Origin: Rhina ancylostomus
Lineage: Eukaryota
DNA: 64,000 nucleotides
Direction of reading: 5' to 3'
NCBI GenBank assembly: GCA_030265395.1
Contig: JARFYF010000074.1
Coordinates: forward strand, 36,311,131-36,375,130
The translations under genes were made by a program, and so were the position numbers. The notes below the pieces were generated by a model that saw only the letters and a program-made list of their open reading frames with translations, did not search any database and had not been told where the DNA came from. Below, piece after piece: positions 1-12,479 of this stretch (positions are counted from its first letter, which is position 1; every line of letters starts with the position of its first letter).

Positions 1-370
1 AAGGAAAGCATCCTATTAGAATTAACAATTACTCCTGAATTGCTGTAGAAAGCCAAAAGGTTATGTGGGACACCACCATGTTCTCATTTTCCCTGAAAGT
101 TTAGTTCATACTTGAGTTAAAATAATTGTTCACAATTTTTAAAAAGAACATTAATGTACAACAAGATGCTAAAGGTACAATATTTAAAAGGAAGTGCACG
201 TGGCCAATTAGTGTGCTTAGTGCATAATTCATACATGAATTGGTTATTTGTGTTTTTTCAATAGTACAGCCTTGTTCAGATTACCAGTGCAATATCACAC
301 ATGAGGAAAATGATTGCTATTTCAATTTCAAACAGTTAATTTGATCCAGGTGACAGACATCTGAATAAAG

Positions 371-563
371 AATTGTCCATACATTATGTTCAAAGATAAT
401 GAAAGGTGATTTTTGTAACTCATGGTAGTGAGCTTCTTTTTGTTTCATCAAAATGTTTTGATGGCTTTACCATCATTAATTTGCCAATTCCACCTGTCTT
501 TGGGCTATAGTGCAAAACGAATGCAAGGGCTGTTGGACCACAACCAATCTTTGGCCATATCAG
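371..563 (+). repeat. Diverged ~190-bp direct repeat, copy 1 (copy 2 at 2685-2873)
   Basis: Shares AATTGTCCAT..TTATGTTCAAAGATAAT..AAAGGTGATTTTTGTAACTCATGGTAG and CACAACCAATCTTTGGCCATATCAG with 2685-2873. The internal segment 488-526 is inverted relative to copy 2. Confidence 0.9.
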
Positions 564-682
564 TGTGTGTGCAGGAGCACCAGCAATGAATAGAACTAAT
601 CACTACTGTGGAGCAGTGATTCTCTTATCTTAAGAGAAAATGGGAACATTTTAAAAATATAATCAGCCGACTTTTAATATAA

Positions 683-828
683 AGCCAAATGGTGCAGATA
701 CTGAACTCTGGAGCAAAAACAAAATGCCGAAATACCCAATATCTGTGGAGAAAAGCAATGTTCTGATATTTCTCAAGTGAAACTTCTGTCAGAGTTTCTT
801 CCTTTTCTGATTTTGTTCTGAATTTTAG
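683..828 (-). mobile_element. Highly decayed Penelope-type terminal repeat
   Basis: TGCAGATACTG..AAAAC AAAATGC..AATAC..ATCTGTGGAGAAAAG..TGTCAGAG resembles the better-preserved copies at 44715 and 60574. Confidence 0.5.
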
Positions 829-2109
829 AGTTAGGTTGTTGTTTAATCTGACTTACACTTGCTCCACCATCCTGACAGGCAAACTGAGTCAGTTTTCTTT
901 CCTTCTGAATCTTTGTAGTGACTATGTATTAAACCAATGTAAAACTCCTGGAGAATAGTGCAAGTAGTAAAGCAGAAAGAGAACAGGAGGAATGGAACAG
1001 ATTTAGAGATGTACTTGCATGAGTTAATTTATTTATCCTGGCACGTCAAAGCTGGAAAATAAGTTGTCTCAGGCTAATTTGTGATATTTCTGTTGCAGTG
1101 TTTTCTCTCTTGGATCTTAATATGGCAATTCTTTCTAACAAGGAGTACCTTGCCTTTGTTTCCAGCTTCTCCTTAGAAAAGTGAGCCTGTCTTGTCTAAA
1201 ACAATAGCCAAGGGATAAGTTACAGATAAATATGGAGTACCTCGATGAATCTGGGTCTGTGCTGAGTGCACTTGTGATTGTATCACATGCATATACTGGC
1301 TCACAACCAGCTTGGGACTCCATCCATGTCTGTAATTTACCCCTGACTGTCCTTTCTGCTATATATAGTAAATTTTTCAGCATCCAACAAGAACAACCGT
1401 CAATGTTAATGCTGAAGAAGAACAAGCTTTTATTTTCCCCAGTGTTGCATCTAAAAACAAAGATAATTAAGACAAGTGCATATTTGACAATCTTAAATCA
1501 AACTTTCATGATATAACTGCAAACAGTGTCATTCAACCCAGTAAGATAGATGCATTTATTTAATTTTGTGTGACAATTGACTCAGACACTTCAGCAGTTT
1601 TGGAAATGGCATTCCGTCGTTTCACAGTAGGAATTTCACACTCATTTTTTCATAGATGAATTCCCAATACGGAATTCTCTGGATCTGACAAATGGGATTG
1701 CTATATTTAGACATGCCTTGATTTTTCAGCAAAACTATTATTAGTTATCAGCTTCAATCTAGATTCATGTCATTAAGTGCACATGCTCCAGCTGCTACCA
1801 ACAAGAATTTCAAGGAAGAGTTGACCTTATTGTAGTTCCAAATTTAAATAATTATTAACATTTAAAAATGCTTTTCACAATATTTATTTTCTTTTCTAAA
1901 TTGCAGAACCTGTGCAAGATTAAGGAAGTTACCCTTCTTCCATTCAATAATTTGTGTTGCTATTGAACATTATGTATCAAACGATGATTTCAGCCTAATC
2001 GGCTTACCTCATTTCGCAGTGCAATATAAAAGGATGGACCAATTTTTAAGAAGTACATTTGAGGTCACTGAGGGCCTGTGTGCTTTTAAACTAATTCTTT
2101 TCAAAATAA

Positions 2110-2380
2110 AGGCAATGGGGAAATCAATTTGTGTACAGCAAAATGCCACAATCAACAATATCGTAATGACAAGAGTATTTTTTTAGTAGGATGACTGAGG
2201 GATAAATATCAGCTAAGACTCTGAGAAGAATTCTTCTGCTCTTCTTTGAATATGTCATGGGGTCATTAAAGGCAATTTGGGAAGATATGATGGAGCCTCA
2301 ATTAACAGTTACACTAAAATATTGTACCTTTGTAAGTACATCAATCCTTTCATACTGCATTGGAATGTCAGGGTATAGAC
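2110..2380 (-). mobile_element. Deu-domain SINE fragment (SacSINE1/AmnSINE1-like)
   Basis: TGAGGGATAAATAT..CTGCTCTTCTTTGAATA..CATGGG..TACTGCATTGGAATGTCAG is the reverse complement of the Deu core as I recall it (ATATTTATCCCTCA, GAAGAAGAGCAG). Confidence 0.7.
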
Positions 2381-2684
2381 TGCATCAGATCCAGAAGGTG
2401 GCTCTGTATTACCTTAAGTGCAATGAAGGGCAAGCACTAAATGCTATCTAGACTTACCAGCTATACTAATACTATGTATGATTTTTTGTTAATAGCTTAA
2501 TTTTGTGTTCAAGGCTCCTTGGTGAGACTTGTAGCGCACTTTCTGACTCAGATGAGACAACCACAGCTGATATACTTGATATATCTGCAGGTGCCGTAAT
2601 CTCACCAGGACATTTGGGTTCCTGCCCTTTGAACATAATGGATAATTAGTTATTCAGATGCTTCTCTATTTGCATTGGTGACCA

Positions 2685-2873
2685 AATTGTCCATCAATTA
2701 TGTTCAAAGATAATAAAAGGTGATTTTTGTAACTCATGGTAGCGAGTTTCTTTTTGCTTCATCTAAATGTTTTGATCACTTTATGATGTTTTGTCAATTC
2801 CATCTGTTTTGCATTATAGCCCAAAGACAGGTGGAAGGACTGATGGGTCACAACCAATCTTTGGCCATATCAG
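2685..2873 (+). repeat. Diverged ~190-bp direct repeat, copy 2
   Basis: Aligns with 371-563 and contains the hairpin TTCCATCTGTTTTG-CATTATAGCC-CAAAGACAGGTGGAA at 2798-2836. Confidence 0.9.
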
Positions 2874-2874
2874 G

Positions 2875-3085
2875 TTTGAAATTTGCAGCAGGTCAGACAG
2901 CATGACTGGAGAAAGAAACAGAATTAATGTTTCAGGACAATGATCCTCCAATGAAGCATCAGATAGGTTCTGATGAAAGGTTATTGTTCTGAAATTTTAA
3001 CTCTTTGCTCTCCATAGATGTTGATCGATCTGCTGAGCATTTTGTTTCTTGTAGGTCCTGTTTTTGTTCTGATTTTGAATTTACA
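2875..3085. mobile_element. Palindromic (back-to-back) Penelope-derived non-autonomous element
   Basis: The left arm CAGCAGGTCAGACAGCAT..GGAGAAAGAAACAGAATTAATGTTTCAGG..CATCAG is inverted relative to the right arm CTGATGAAAGG..CTGAAATTTTAACTC..CTCTCCATAGATG..CTGCTGAG. The centre is at 2963-2969. Confidence 0.75.
2966..3002 (+). ncRNA. Decayed minimal type I hammerhead ribozyme motif
   Basis: GGTT-CTGATGA-AAGGTTATTGTTCT-GAAA-TTTT-AACT. Both core boxes are present and stem I is GGTT/AACT. Stem II is weak and stem III is mutated. Confidence 0.55.
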
Positions 3086-4744
3086 CACATCACAGAGATG
3101 TGCTCGTACTATATTTAAAGAAAATCTGTACTTCTGTGAATAATTATATTTTAGTTTGGTGGCTTGAGGTTTTTGAGTCATAAAATTTGACTTTATCAGC
3201 GCTTCCAAAATGATAGCATTGAACTGACAAATAACTTTTTAAAAAATGTTTGTCTTCACTTGTGTAATAACAACTTTTCAATAATACTGCAAAACAAATA
3301 TAAAATGTTATTTTAAAAAAGCTATGCACGTATTAGATATCCATGAGGTGGTCGATAGATTTGCCGTAGACTCAGTACTGAGGTGGATACAACATCCTAT
3401 ATGTATTTGTTGTAATCAGCTTCAGCAAGGGTTTAATTCAAACTATTGAATTAAAGTTGATGTTATATGCTATACACAGAGCACAGTATCATGTTTAAAT
3501 TCTTTCTGCAAATAACCACTAAAGCAATTGAACAACTTGAAAGTTGCATACACTGAGAGTATAAACAAAATGAGAGCAAACTGAGTCTTTTTATTTAAAA
3601 ACACTTTGCCATATTTTCAAAAACATATTAACATATTGCCAAAGTATAGTAATTTGAAATGGCAATATTTTTAACTGATTTTGTGCACTGATATTTTGTT
3701 ATTTTTTTTCTCCATTAATGTTGCTATTTTTCATGATGTACAATTGAAATACATGTTAACCACTATTGGTTCAGTTAATGAATACACTTTGTCAAGGCTG
3801 CAGGCGGTGTGTTTGCTCTTTATAATTGAGCAGGTCATGATTCATCTAGCATTTTTAGAATATTTTGGTGAAGTGAACAAATTGATAATTTACTAAGCTA
3901 CACAGAAGCACATTTGAGAAGGTAGTTTATTAACCATCTGAGCACCCTACCGAATAATGTGATTGTCAAAATTTTTGCTGACATGTGAATTTCACATTAG
4001 ATAATTCTTATATTGACAGTTACAGGCAATTAAAAATATTCCTGAATTCTTCCTGGCAGTTTAGGGTCTGATCTGTCTCTTTAATGTGGAGTCAGTGAAA
4101 CACCACACGGATAATTAGCTTGTTGTATCTGTTACTTTAATCAATCCCTGTCTGAAATGTGTAATCCTCATGGGATTTCACATTCCTGATGTACTTTTAC
4201 CAATATCTCTGGTACAGAGATATTGAAATAGGTTGTCATTCAATTGAGGTGATCAAATCATGGCATCATAAACTATTGAAGTTCTCAAAATTTATATCTC
4301 TTAAACCCTTTTGCAGCTATACATACACCTATCTTTTCTTCACTACAGTCAATCCAAGTATCTCAGATTTAATGGCACAAATATCCTCCATATTCACTAT
4401 GAAAACTCACTTACAAATCCTTGTTAGGTATTTGTAAGTGAGTTTTCATAGTGAATATGAATAGGTTATTTAGAAGTAAGCCCAATCCTGTTCTTGACCA
4501 ATGACTACATATGCATTCATTCAACTGCAGGCCCTAGAACAATGCGGCCGTTTCCTGACTGACATTTCTCCTTCTCACAGGTTTCTTAAAGGGTCAGAAA
4601 ACTTTGACAATATATATTCTTGGCATAAAGATGGCAGAGAACAAAAACAGTTTGTTGGTGTAGCTGAGATGATTGGGTAGTTAAGTGAGAAACACATTGT
4701 ACCGGGTCTGGAGTTATATCAAGGCTTTGCTAGGGAATCCGGCA

Positions 4745-5200
4745 GCAAATGTCAGAAGTACTCAGCAGATCAAGCAGCATTTTTGGAGAAAGGAAAAGAG
4801 CCAATGTTTCAGGTCAAGGAGTCTTCAGCAGAACTGGCAAAGCGAGGAAACAAGTGTGTTTTAAGTTGCAAAGAGGGATGTGTGAAGCAAACAGAGGGAA
4901 TGTCAGTATCAGAGTGCAGACTAAAGTTATCAAGGTAACAATTGCTTTAAAAAAACAATTAAAGACAGAGGAGAAATAAAAGAAATTGGAAACTGAAAGG
5001 GATAGCCATATCTGTGGTGAGAAAGAAATGGCAGTTACCAGTAATTGAAACCCTCAGAACTTAATTTTAACAATACACCCAGAAAGATGATGAGATGCTG
5101 TTTCCTGAGCTTAAGTTGGATATCATTGGAGCATCGTAGGAGGCCAAAATCAGAGAGGTCAGAGTGGGAAAGATGATTGCAATTCCATTGGCATGCAAGC
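4745..5200 (-). mobile_element. Penelope-like element 3' fragment (GIY-YIG C-terminal tail, 3' UTR and terminal repeat)
   Basis: The minus ORF 5035-5289 includes SHSDLSDFGLLRCSNDIQLKLRKQHLI, homologous to the 60941-61263 copy. Terminal repeat at 4745-4835 reads AGTT-CTGCTGA..GACCT-GAAAC-ATT on the minus strand. Confidence 0.75.
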
Positions 5201-8200
5201 CTCAGATGTTTGTAAAAGTAGTAGCAATGACTCAGATGTGATAGCAGAAAAATGGGACATCTATGCTGCAAACTGCTATGATTCTTCATGCGTGTAGCGC
5301 ATGGTCACAATTAATGGTGAATTTATTAGAATTAAAATACCCAAGCCATCTTAGTGGAATTTGAACTTGTGTTGAAATGATCAGTAGTTCAGGCCTCTGA
5401 ATCATAGTCTAGTATCTAAACCATACGGCATTTTATTTACTAACCTTTTTCATTCTACGTTATCTATCTATGTTCATTTATTAAATTTATTAAGATTTAA
5501 TGGTTATTTGTGCAGGTACTGTACAAACAAGACAGTATAAAATGCAGAATAGTACTAGCACAAATGAATAATGAAAGGGATATAAACTGTAGACGGTTAC
5601 TCATATAGAGTATTAACTCTGAATTTGGGCAAAAAGGCATATGAAAATTGAAGGAATCTCACTGAGACAACTTAAACATTAAATGGCGTGGAGAGAGTAA
5701 CTCCAAGGTTAAACATCACCTCAAACCAGGAGTGAAAAACAAGGACATAAATTTAACTTTGTGGGTGGGAGATAAATATAAAGCAGATATTAGCAACATA
5801 TTCATTGCTCAAGGATATATACGAAATAATTTACTAATTACTACACATAATGTTCCAAGTATAACATATAATGAAAGAGCTTGAAAATCGAAGGGATGAG
5901 CCAAATGGGCTCATTTTAATATTAACTGGCTTTTTGCATTCATTGATTAGGTGTCCGTGTCTAAGATAAATAAATGTTGCAATTTGTTTATTTTAATTAT
6001 ACAGATAATGCCAATGGAATTGCACCAGAAGGTAAGATATACAAACAATGTGCAAAAAAAATAGATTCTACTAGGTTTTGAAAGGAAGTATGCATTTTCA
6101 GGTGATGGATGACCTTGTTTTACAATATGAGTTTGCAAACTGTCAGTATTTTTTTGTGCACTCATTAACTAGGGAACGTGTCCTTGAAGTGATAACCTTA
6201 AAACGTGACTTGGCGATTGGAGGAATTGATCCAGAACTACCCAGAAAAAAATCTTCTGTACCTTATGCTTACCTGGTGAACTTTTCCTTTAGCTTAGCCA
6301 TGATGTGAAGTGAATTCACCTTTTTAAAATGGCTTCTATATGTTGTATTTTTTAAACTGTTTTCAGTCTAGAAAGCATGACATTAACTTGAAATTTGAAA
6401 TAGTTCATATGTAATACGGAGTCCATGCATAACAAGACATTAATTCTAGATAAACTTCCAATAATTTTCCATTTCTTAAACTTCCTGTACGAGTGCCCCT
6501 GAACATGAAGAGCAAGGAACCATCTTCTTGAGAGCTGCATAAGAACCATAAAATCTGTAAAGTCACTGCCAGCCAACTCCCCCACCCCTAATCCTTTTGG
6601 TGACTTTAATTTTAGGGTTGAACTTTCCTCTGGATGAGCAACGAAAAAACAATTGATTCAAATTTTGAAACCTATGTCACAATTACATTGCTTCAAGTTA
6701 AGTAAAATGTGAACCAATGGGAAATTGCCATCATCAACAAGTCATGTTTTGAAAAATAAATATTAAATTCTACCAAGCCTAATTACACAAATACATCAAA
6801 GTACAAACTGCAAAAATGTATGTGTCTCCCTCTTTTTTTTCTCCTGAGTGTCTTCCAAAATATCCAGAATGTAGACTTATATAATGTTGTTACAAATAAG
6901 CTCAAATTAGATAGACCTCAGGTTTGATTTGGCTGGTGAAGAGGCATGTTATATAAAAAAATACTCAGTTTGCTCTAAGGTTAAAATCTAACATTAGTGG
7001 ACAATAAATATGTGAATATTTATAAAATAGTATCGGCATGAATTATTATTTTCTGATCATTCTTTCATTCCATCATGAGTAAGCTATTAATATTTTCATC
7101 AATGCCAACAGCACATTAATTCAACTGACTAATAATGGTATTGAATATAACCTGGAAAACTGGGCATTGAACTTAATGTCTCATGTAATATTCAAGCCAC
7201 ACTCTTCAGATTCATCCTTGAAATACACTTCAGTTATTGCAGCAGCAAATCATGTAATCCATTTGGTGATAACAATTATGCAGAGAATCATCTATAATCA
7301 GACATGTTATAGTGATGTAGCTCATTTAATTTGGGAAGTGTCCCATATGGGAGAGTGGATAAAAATTGAAAAAGCTGTGGTGATATGGTGGGATGGAACT
7401 TATCACTTGGTCTTTAAGGCTTTTAAAGCTGCAGAGAAAGGGTGAATTTTTAATGTCGAATTTTCAGAACATAGGACCAAATTGCCTGAAAGTTGTGCCC
7501 TGCTTGTAGGGTCAAAGGAGAGGGTATTCTATAGAAGGGCACATTTAGGGAAGTTTTTTGTTAGAGGAATGCAAGATTGGAGGTTGTTGCAGAGATGAAT
7601 TTAAGGCTATATTCAGTGTGTTGGTATAGGTCGGCAAGGAGATAATGCTGGAATAATGTGGCTTTCTATGATATAGAATTTGGTGACTACATTTGCACAT
7701 GTTGGATTAGATAGGGTTGGTAGATGGAAGGAAATTAGATAAATTGAGCTTGGGGGAAACAGAGCTGTGAATGGGAGTAGCCCAAGTGTTGGATGTTGCA
7801 GAAGTGTTCATATATTACTGATAGACAAGATGTGGCATTTGAAGCTTAGTGTTGGATCAAACAATCTCACATGGCCTGATTGAGGCTGAATTAAAGTTAA
7901 AGGGTGTAAATAGATTGTGTTGTAGGGGTTTGAATATGAGAGCACCAAACCCTATATTTAGGATTTTTAAAATATATCATGTTAATGATTTAATAGCAGC
8001 AGAACACTGTTAGTTGAAGAGAGGTAGATACGACTATGATTTTTTTATAGATGATGATTCTTATATCTGTGCCAATAGACATAGAGAAGTCCTTTTCCAA
8101 CCCATGCATTCATTAGTGGCATCAACCTATCTTTTAAGGGAAAAGCTTTTGAAAACTTGGATTATTTAAGCATAAATGGCCTGGGCAATTATTAGCTGGG

Positions 8201-8499
8201 CATAACTTTAGATTTGACATTTTCATATGGGTTTTAATAAAGTGATAGGTGGTTTGGTGACATTTTTGTACTCATTTCATCCAATCTATGAAAAATACCC
8301 ATTACTATAATTACACTATTTTGAATGAAATGGCACTTTATATTAAACCTTGATAAAGGAGCAAAACCACACAGGTTTCTAGGAAAATTTAACAGTGTCA
8401 CAATTTCTTCCTCATGAAAGAAGTAACTAACATGTGGAATGGGCTTCTGGTAGGTAGTAGAGACAAAACCTTAAGACGCAAATGGATATAAATAGATAA

Positions 8500-8654
8500 A
8501 TGGTTCTCTCCCCTCTTTCTTTCAAGTCCTGATAAGGGTCTCGACCCAAAACATCAATTGTCCATTTCTCTCCATAGATGCTGCCTGACCCACTGACTTC
8601 CTCTAGCATTTCGTGTGTTCCTTCAGATTTCCAGCATCTACAGTCTCTCTTGTG
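8500..8654 (+). mobile_element. Solo Penelope-type terminal repeat with a decayed hammerhead motif (8525-8559)
   Basis: AGTC-CTGATAA-GGGTCTCGACCC-AAAA-CATC-AATT, followed by CTCCATAGATGCTGCCTGACCCACTGA..CAGATTTCCAGCATCTACAGTC. Stem II GGGT/ACCC is perfect. Confidence 0.8.
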
Positions 8655-9020
8655 ACACAAATGGGATGCAACAATTTTGCTTTTTTTGTGAATCAATGAG
8701 CAAGGATAGTCTGGCTAACTTCATTCTTGTGGACTGCACTGGTTTGGAAGTATATATACTCATTGAAACTCTATCCTTTGTTAACACAAGCCAAAGAATC
8801 AATTTCCTGAATTTTTACTTGCATTGTTACGGTTAACATAAGTAAATTTTCTAGTTGTGTATTAACTCTAATGATTATCTTCTGCTAATTAAATTTTAAA
8901 CTTCTGATTCAACATAAGATTTGGAAATGTCAACATCAACACATTCCACTTCACAGCCCCCTGCCTGTTTGCCATAGGGAGTACATAATATGTGTTGCAT
9001 TGAGTAAACAACAAACATTA

Positions 9021-9346
9021 CAGACTGTCCCCGGGTAACGGATGGGTTCCATTTTCACAGACATCCATTTGTTGGTTTTGTTCATAAGTCAGAAAAAACA
9101 CACAAAAATCACTCGATATGGTAACCATACCTGCACCGTATTGTGATGAATGGCATCAAAAGCACATAAGGCTGATAAGAAAGAACAATCACCAAAAGTG
9201 GAGAAAGAGAGAGAGAGAGAGAGGAAACTAGTTCTGTCATTCATAGGATCGAACGTATGTACGTAAGTCAGACTTTTGAATTTCATAATATTATAGGAGC
9301 TTGCTCCTAAATAGTGGGTATCCATATGTCAACCCAGGGATGGCAT
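9021..9346. mobile_element. Tc1/mariner (Tigger/pogo-like) MITE
   Basis: Left end TA|CAGACTGTCCCCGGGTAAC and a degenerate inverted right end CAACCCAGGGATGGCAT|TA. Internal (GA)n run at about 9200-9222. Confidence 0.55.
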
Positions 9347-10464
9347 TACATCAGTCAAGGTATTGTATGTAGCGTATGTAAGTGTCATACTTTTAAAAAG
9401 TCCATTGAAAAAGTTACTGTAAAATACTTTATTTCCTTCCTGAATTATTTTTCTGATTTTAAACCAGATTTATCCTGTTCACTGATTTTATTTTTGATTT
9501 CTAAAATCTGATGTTTCTTTTAAGATTGGTTTCCTCGGATACTTTTTAACCTGAATATGGAAAAAATCAGAACAGTAAAATGTGGTTTGGTTCCAGAAAA
9601 TGATCTTGATATCTTAGAGTACTTCACAGGTTTCCATCTATCTTCCACCTTCAGTTTTCTGTCATCAATTCAGTTCACAGTTGTGGTAAGAAAACATAAT
9701 AGCTGGTTTTCTATCTTATTGATTGGTGCAGTGTGAGTGCTCTGGGTTTTAGTTTCAATAGTACTTAAACACCAACATCTGAAATACAAATAATAATCAG
9801 AAATGAGAACACTGGCTGAACTTTCCACTTCCTAACTGGATGAACACTGAGATTAATTGTAACATCCTTTGTTTTATCTCGACTAAAGTGCACAGATTCA
9901 CTTCAGTACATGAGAGCTTCCAGTGCTATTTAGTTCAGCAGCTCACCATATGGTGCAGTGGACCATCAAGTAAGCTTTTGATTATAGCTTTGTTATCATT
10001 TGGGCCAAATTTGTGGTTTAATCTGCATAATCTATATATGTACCTTAGATAAATATGTAGATAATTTGATCATTCTATGCAGTTTCTAGAATTATAGGTG
10101 AAACAAGATCAGGCAATTATCAATTATTTAACAGGCATGAAGACACAATAGAAATATTGCTGCAGAGGACCGCACTAGGCTTAATTTTCAATGGCAGGCG
10201 AAAGCTTTATTATGCATTGATAGTGTAAAATGAGTACTTATATTGAACAAAATATTCAAACCTAATGACAATAATGTCTTGTGTGTCCTTCATATAAAGA
10301 AAGAACAAGTCTGATGCTAACCTATGTCCTAAAGTTTCAGAGGCCAACAGAACTCAATGTTTTTTATACACAAGTCATTTCAGGTGAGGGAAGATGTGCA
10401 GCTGAACACAAATAATCCGTAAGTTATTGTTTGAGGTGGAGAAGTATTAACTATGTGATCTTAT

Positions 10465-10972
10465 GATCATATGAATTGGGAGTGGGATAGGTCGCTCAAG
10501 CCCTTTGCTTATCAATAATCTCTTTCACTCTATTTTGAAACTATTCAAAGACTTCCACCAGCTCCAAAGATTCATGATTCTCTCAGAGAAGAAATTTTAT
10601 CTTATCTCGTCTAAAATGGGCAACCTTTATTTTTAAACAGTGACCTGCTAGTTTTAGATTGCTTGCAAAAGGAAACATTCTTTTCACATCCATCCTGTTA
10701 GGACACCTCACTATTTAAAAGGGTTTCACTCAAGTTCCCTTCACTCTTCTAAACTGCACCAAATATATGTCCAGTCAGTCCAACCTTCTCTCAAAAGACA
10801 ACTCATCCATTCCAGATATTAGTCAAATTAACCTTCTTTGCAATGCTTCTAATGCATTAACATCCTTCCTAAAATTAGGAGACCATTACTGTTCACAGGA
10901 CTCCAGATGTGGTCTCACCAATGACTTTATAGCTGAAACACAATCTCCTTACTTTTGTATTCAATTCCTCTA
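10465..10972 (-). mobile_element. CR1 LINE 3' fragment
   Basis: GGAGACCATTACTGTTCACAGGACTCCAGATGTGGTCTCACCAATG is the reverse complement of the LVRPHLEYC.Q.WSP region. A 3' UTR-type end lies near 10465. Confidence 0.75.
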
Positions 10973-11049
10973 GATCAGTCTTCATCATTGCAAAGGACCT
11001 CCCTGGCACTGATATCTAATCATTACATTGTTCAGTTTTTAATTGATGG

Positions 11050-11560
11050 AGATTTTTAAAATATTGCCTGGATTTTCCTAAGAATTGCAGGCAATTGCAT
11101 GTGGAACAGCTGCCATTATCATCTGGAGCTGTCAGGAGATTCAGAACTCCCACAAGAAGCCACTGTGAACGACAAGTCGCAAGCTTCCTGAGAATGCTCA
11201 GTAGGGATTTATCCACTATACTCTGACGTTGGATTCCTCATGGAATGCTGTTGGTAAATGTGCCCACTGAACCTGTGCCAGTTTAAGACTGTTGGAGGTT
11301 CAATAATGCCCATTCATTTTCATAGAGAACAGCAGCTGTTGAAAGGAGAGATAAGTTCTTGATGATTTACATTTTTCTGAATTATTTGAATTTGATAGTT
11401 TTTAATTTTATTTTTCTATAATATGTCTTAAAATTATTGAACATTTTGTTAGTTACAGTTTTTGAATCTGTCTGACATTCACAAATAATTAAAATTGCTT
11501 GACAGCTTTGACAAGCAGTTCAACTAACGGAGGAACCGATTTGCCTGTATATCCCATCCT
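11050..11560 (+). repeat. Unclassified old interspersed repeat, copy A
   Basis: Core TGCCCACTGAACCTGTGCCAGTTTAAGAC..CCATTCATTTTCA (about 11261-11322) aligns with 15896-15960 (+) and 19828-19905 (-). Outer boundaries are uncertain. Confidence 0.55.
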
Positions 11561-12479
11561 TCATGGAGAAAAGGGTGGTTCATATTATTGGAACAGCCAT
11601 TGCTAAGGCCAGGACTAGTGGAGGTCTGAATTGAATATTGTACTTAAAATTACATTTTATAATGTAACATTACCTCCATAAACTAATCTCTATTTATTGA
11701 TCTGTATTATGTTGTATTGCATTTACTGTTAATTGATGCTCTTCACTGATACCCCCAAAGTCTATTTCAGTATCAGCTTCAGCTATTTCTACCGTAGCAG
11801 CCATTCCTTTATCATTATGATTTCTAATTTTCAAATATTGACGTCATGGGATTGAACAGGGAAAACTTTTTCTCTTTGGAACCATGTTGGCTGTTGCTTA
11901 ACAGTTTATTGATGGATCAAATGTTTCTGGACTCAGCCTGTTGCCTGAATTTGTTATCCATGGTGCGTGACTGACAGCACTTCTTTCTGAGGAGGACCAA
12001 ACGAACTGATTGTCCTTCCCTGATAGACATTCAATGGCATGGAGTAGATCTCAGGTTGCTTATCCCAAGGTCCTGTCCCTAAAAATCCCTGATAACTTTT
12101 GATGGCTTAAAGACTATAAATAAAACTTAAGTTTTGAGATGTTGCATTGCAAACCAACACATAATTAAGAACATTAAAATAAAGTAAATTAAGTAAAATC
12201 ACTTATCTTTTTCCATAATATAACTGAATACATCTACATGAAAGGATTCACTTCATGCACCAATCCTCCTAGGGATAAAAACAGATATTCAATATTCACA
12301 GTGTCTTGGACTTCCACATTTGATGGGCATTCCTGTAATATACAAAGACTTTCTGAGGTAGCTACCAATGAGCACAAATTGGTCCATCAATACATAATTG
12401 TACAATTTACACTGGAGAATGTGCAGGGGTAAATAATACCAGAAATGTGAGCACTTGCACAGTGAAGGGATAACCGATC

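Noticed and set aside
1907-2205. Long open frame after a TTGCAG acceptor-like site
   Set aside because: The peptide is unrecognisable, there is no clear donor, and the 3' part runs into a Deu-SINE.
4631-4663. AAGATGGCAGAGAAC.. (MAENKNSLLV) resembles the PGC-1beta start MAGND..LL
   Set aside because: An in-frame TAG follows after 10 codons. There is no DEELSSF motif and no promoter-like CpG context, and it is preceded by a splice acceptor.
6078-6360. Possible exons: plus-strand TTTCAG|GTG-ATG-GAT ORF and minus-strand ..MAKLKEKFT CAG|GTAAG
   Set aside because: Neither peptide is recognisable, and neither has a convincing partner splice site.
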